DNA of 17,200 nt from Acidobacteriota bacterium (GTDB taxonomy: Bacteria > Acidobacteriota > UBA6911 > JACQSX01): assembly GCA_036507075.1 (NCBI GenBank), contig DASXQR010000049.1, forward strand, positions 1 to 17,200, written 5' to 3'. Position 1 is the stretch's first letter. Every line of letters starts with the position of its first letter. Shown one piece after another: positions 16,348 through 17,200 of the stretch. The notes under the pieces are model-generated. The model was not told the origin of the DNA. It worked only from the letters and a program-made list of their open reading frames with translations, and searched no databases. The position numbers and the translations under genes were made by a program.

Positions 16348-16485
16348 AAAGTTGAAAGTCAATCAAGGCAAGTCGAAAGTCAAAGGTCGAAAGTCAAAGG
16401 TCGAAAGACGTTAAGGGACTTTCGACTTTCAAAGGGGCTTTCGACTTTCAGACTTTTGACCTTCGACTTTCGACCTTCGACTTTT
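16348..16485. repeat. Inverted heptamer arrays (RAARGTC)n / (GACYTTY)n between fabG and acpP
   Basis: Left arm GAAAGTC AAAGGTC GAAAGTC AAAGGTC GAAAG; right arm GACTTTC GACTTTC ... GACTTTT GACCTTC GACTTTC GACCTTC GACTTTT. Confidence 0.85.
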
Positions 16486-16486
16486 A

Positions 16487-17200
16487 TCACCCGCCCATAT
16501 ACATTCCGCCATTCACGTTCAGAACGTGCCCCGTGATATAGCCCGCTTCGTCGGACAGCAGGAATTTTACACTGGCCGCCACATCGGCCGCCGTTCCGAT
16601 GCGCCGCAGCGGAATCATCGCCAGCAGGCTCTGCCGGGCCGCTTCGGGAAGCGCCTGGGTCATTTCCGTGTCTATGTAGCCTGGCGCCACAGCGTTTACG
16701 GTGATGTTTCGGGACGCCACTTCCCGGGCAATGGCGCGCGTAAATCCGATCACTCCCGCCTTGGACGCGATATAGTTGGACTGGCCCGCATTTCCCGTCT
16801 GCGCCACCACACTGGTGATATTCACGATTCTTCCGAAGCGGTTTCGCACCATGGACTGAAGCGCTTCGCGAGTACAGTGAAACACACCGGTCAGGTTGAT
16901 GTTGAGAACCGCGTCCCAGTCTGCGCGCTTCATTCTCAACAGCAGACCGTCGCGCGTCACGCCTGCGTTATTGACCAGATAATCAACCCTTCCCCAGCGT
17001 TCCAGCACCGTCTTGAAAAGCATGCGGACCTGCTGCTCGTCGGATATATCTGCTGCTTGAGCAAAATAATTGACGCTTTCGGCTTCAATCAAAGCGCTGC
17101 TTTTGTCCAGCGCCTCGCGCGAGCGCGCGACCATGGCCACGCGGCAGCCCTGCCGGATCAGGACGCGCGCAATCTCATAGCCAATGCCACGCGATGCGCC
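16487..17200 (-). CDS. fabG: 3-oxoacyl-ACP reductase (5' end outside the window)
   Basis: Frame is open to the window edge, reading GASRGIGYEIA (Rossmann motif); LVNNAGVTRD, YIASK (YxxxK), VAPGYIDTEMT, YITGHVLNVNGG. Lies upstream of acpP-fabF. Confidence 0.96.
   Translation of the reverse strand, partial: GASRGIGYEIARVLIRQGCRVAMVARSREALDKSSALIEAESVNYFAQAADISDEQQVRMLFKTVLERWGRVDYLVNNAGVTRDGLLLRMKRADWDAVLNINLTGVFHCTREALQSMVRNRFGRIVNITSVVAQTGNAGQSNYIASKAGVIGFTRAIAREVASRNITVNAVAPGYIDTEMTQALPEAARQSLLAMIPLRRIGTAADVAASVKFLLSDEAGYITGHVLNVNGGMYMGG

Overview
Bacterial chromosomal window of moderately high GC. The accB-accC-thiE order is one I associate with Acidobacteria (inference only). The + strand carries accB-accC-thiE-hypothetical-Crp/Fnr regulator, then a type IV pilus minor-pilin operon (FimT/FimU-, PilV-, PilW-like) ending in an unusually long PilX-like protein (484 aa). 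A second diverged PilX-like copy (488 aa) follows as a separately terminated unit. The - strand carries fabG (partial)-acpP-fabF, a 7TM-HDIG phosphodiesterase, ybeY, a CBS/CorC (TlyC-like) protein and ribD. Main points of interest: (1) the spacer between the Crp gene and the pilin operon has a perfect CRP box lying over the predicted start of a sigma54 promoter and at class II (-41.5) spacing from a sigma70 -10; (2) the adjacent Crp has a CRP-type DNA-recognition helix but a non-canonical cyclic-nucleotide pocket; (3) the two PilX proteins look like PilX-adhesin fusions with a PilY1-like SWRE tail, and share an upstream 15-bp palindrome with the main operon; (4) most long intergenic spacers carry a different short-period or REP-like repeat.
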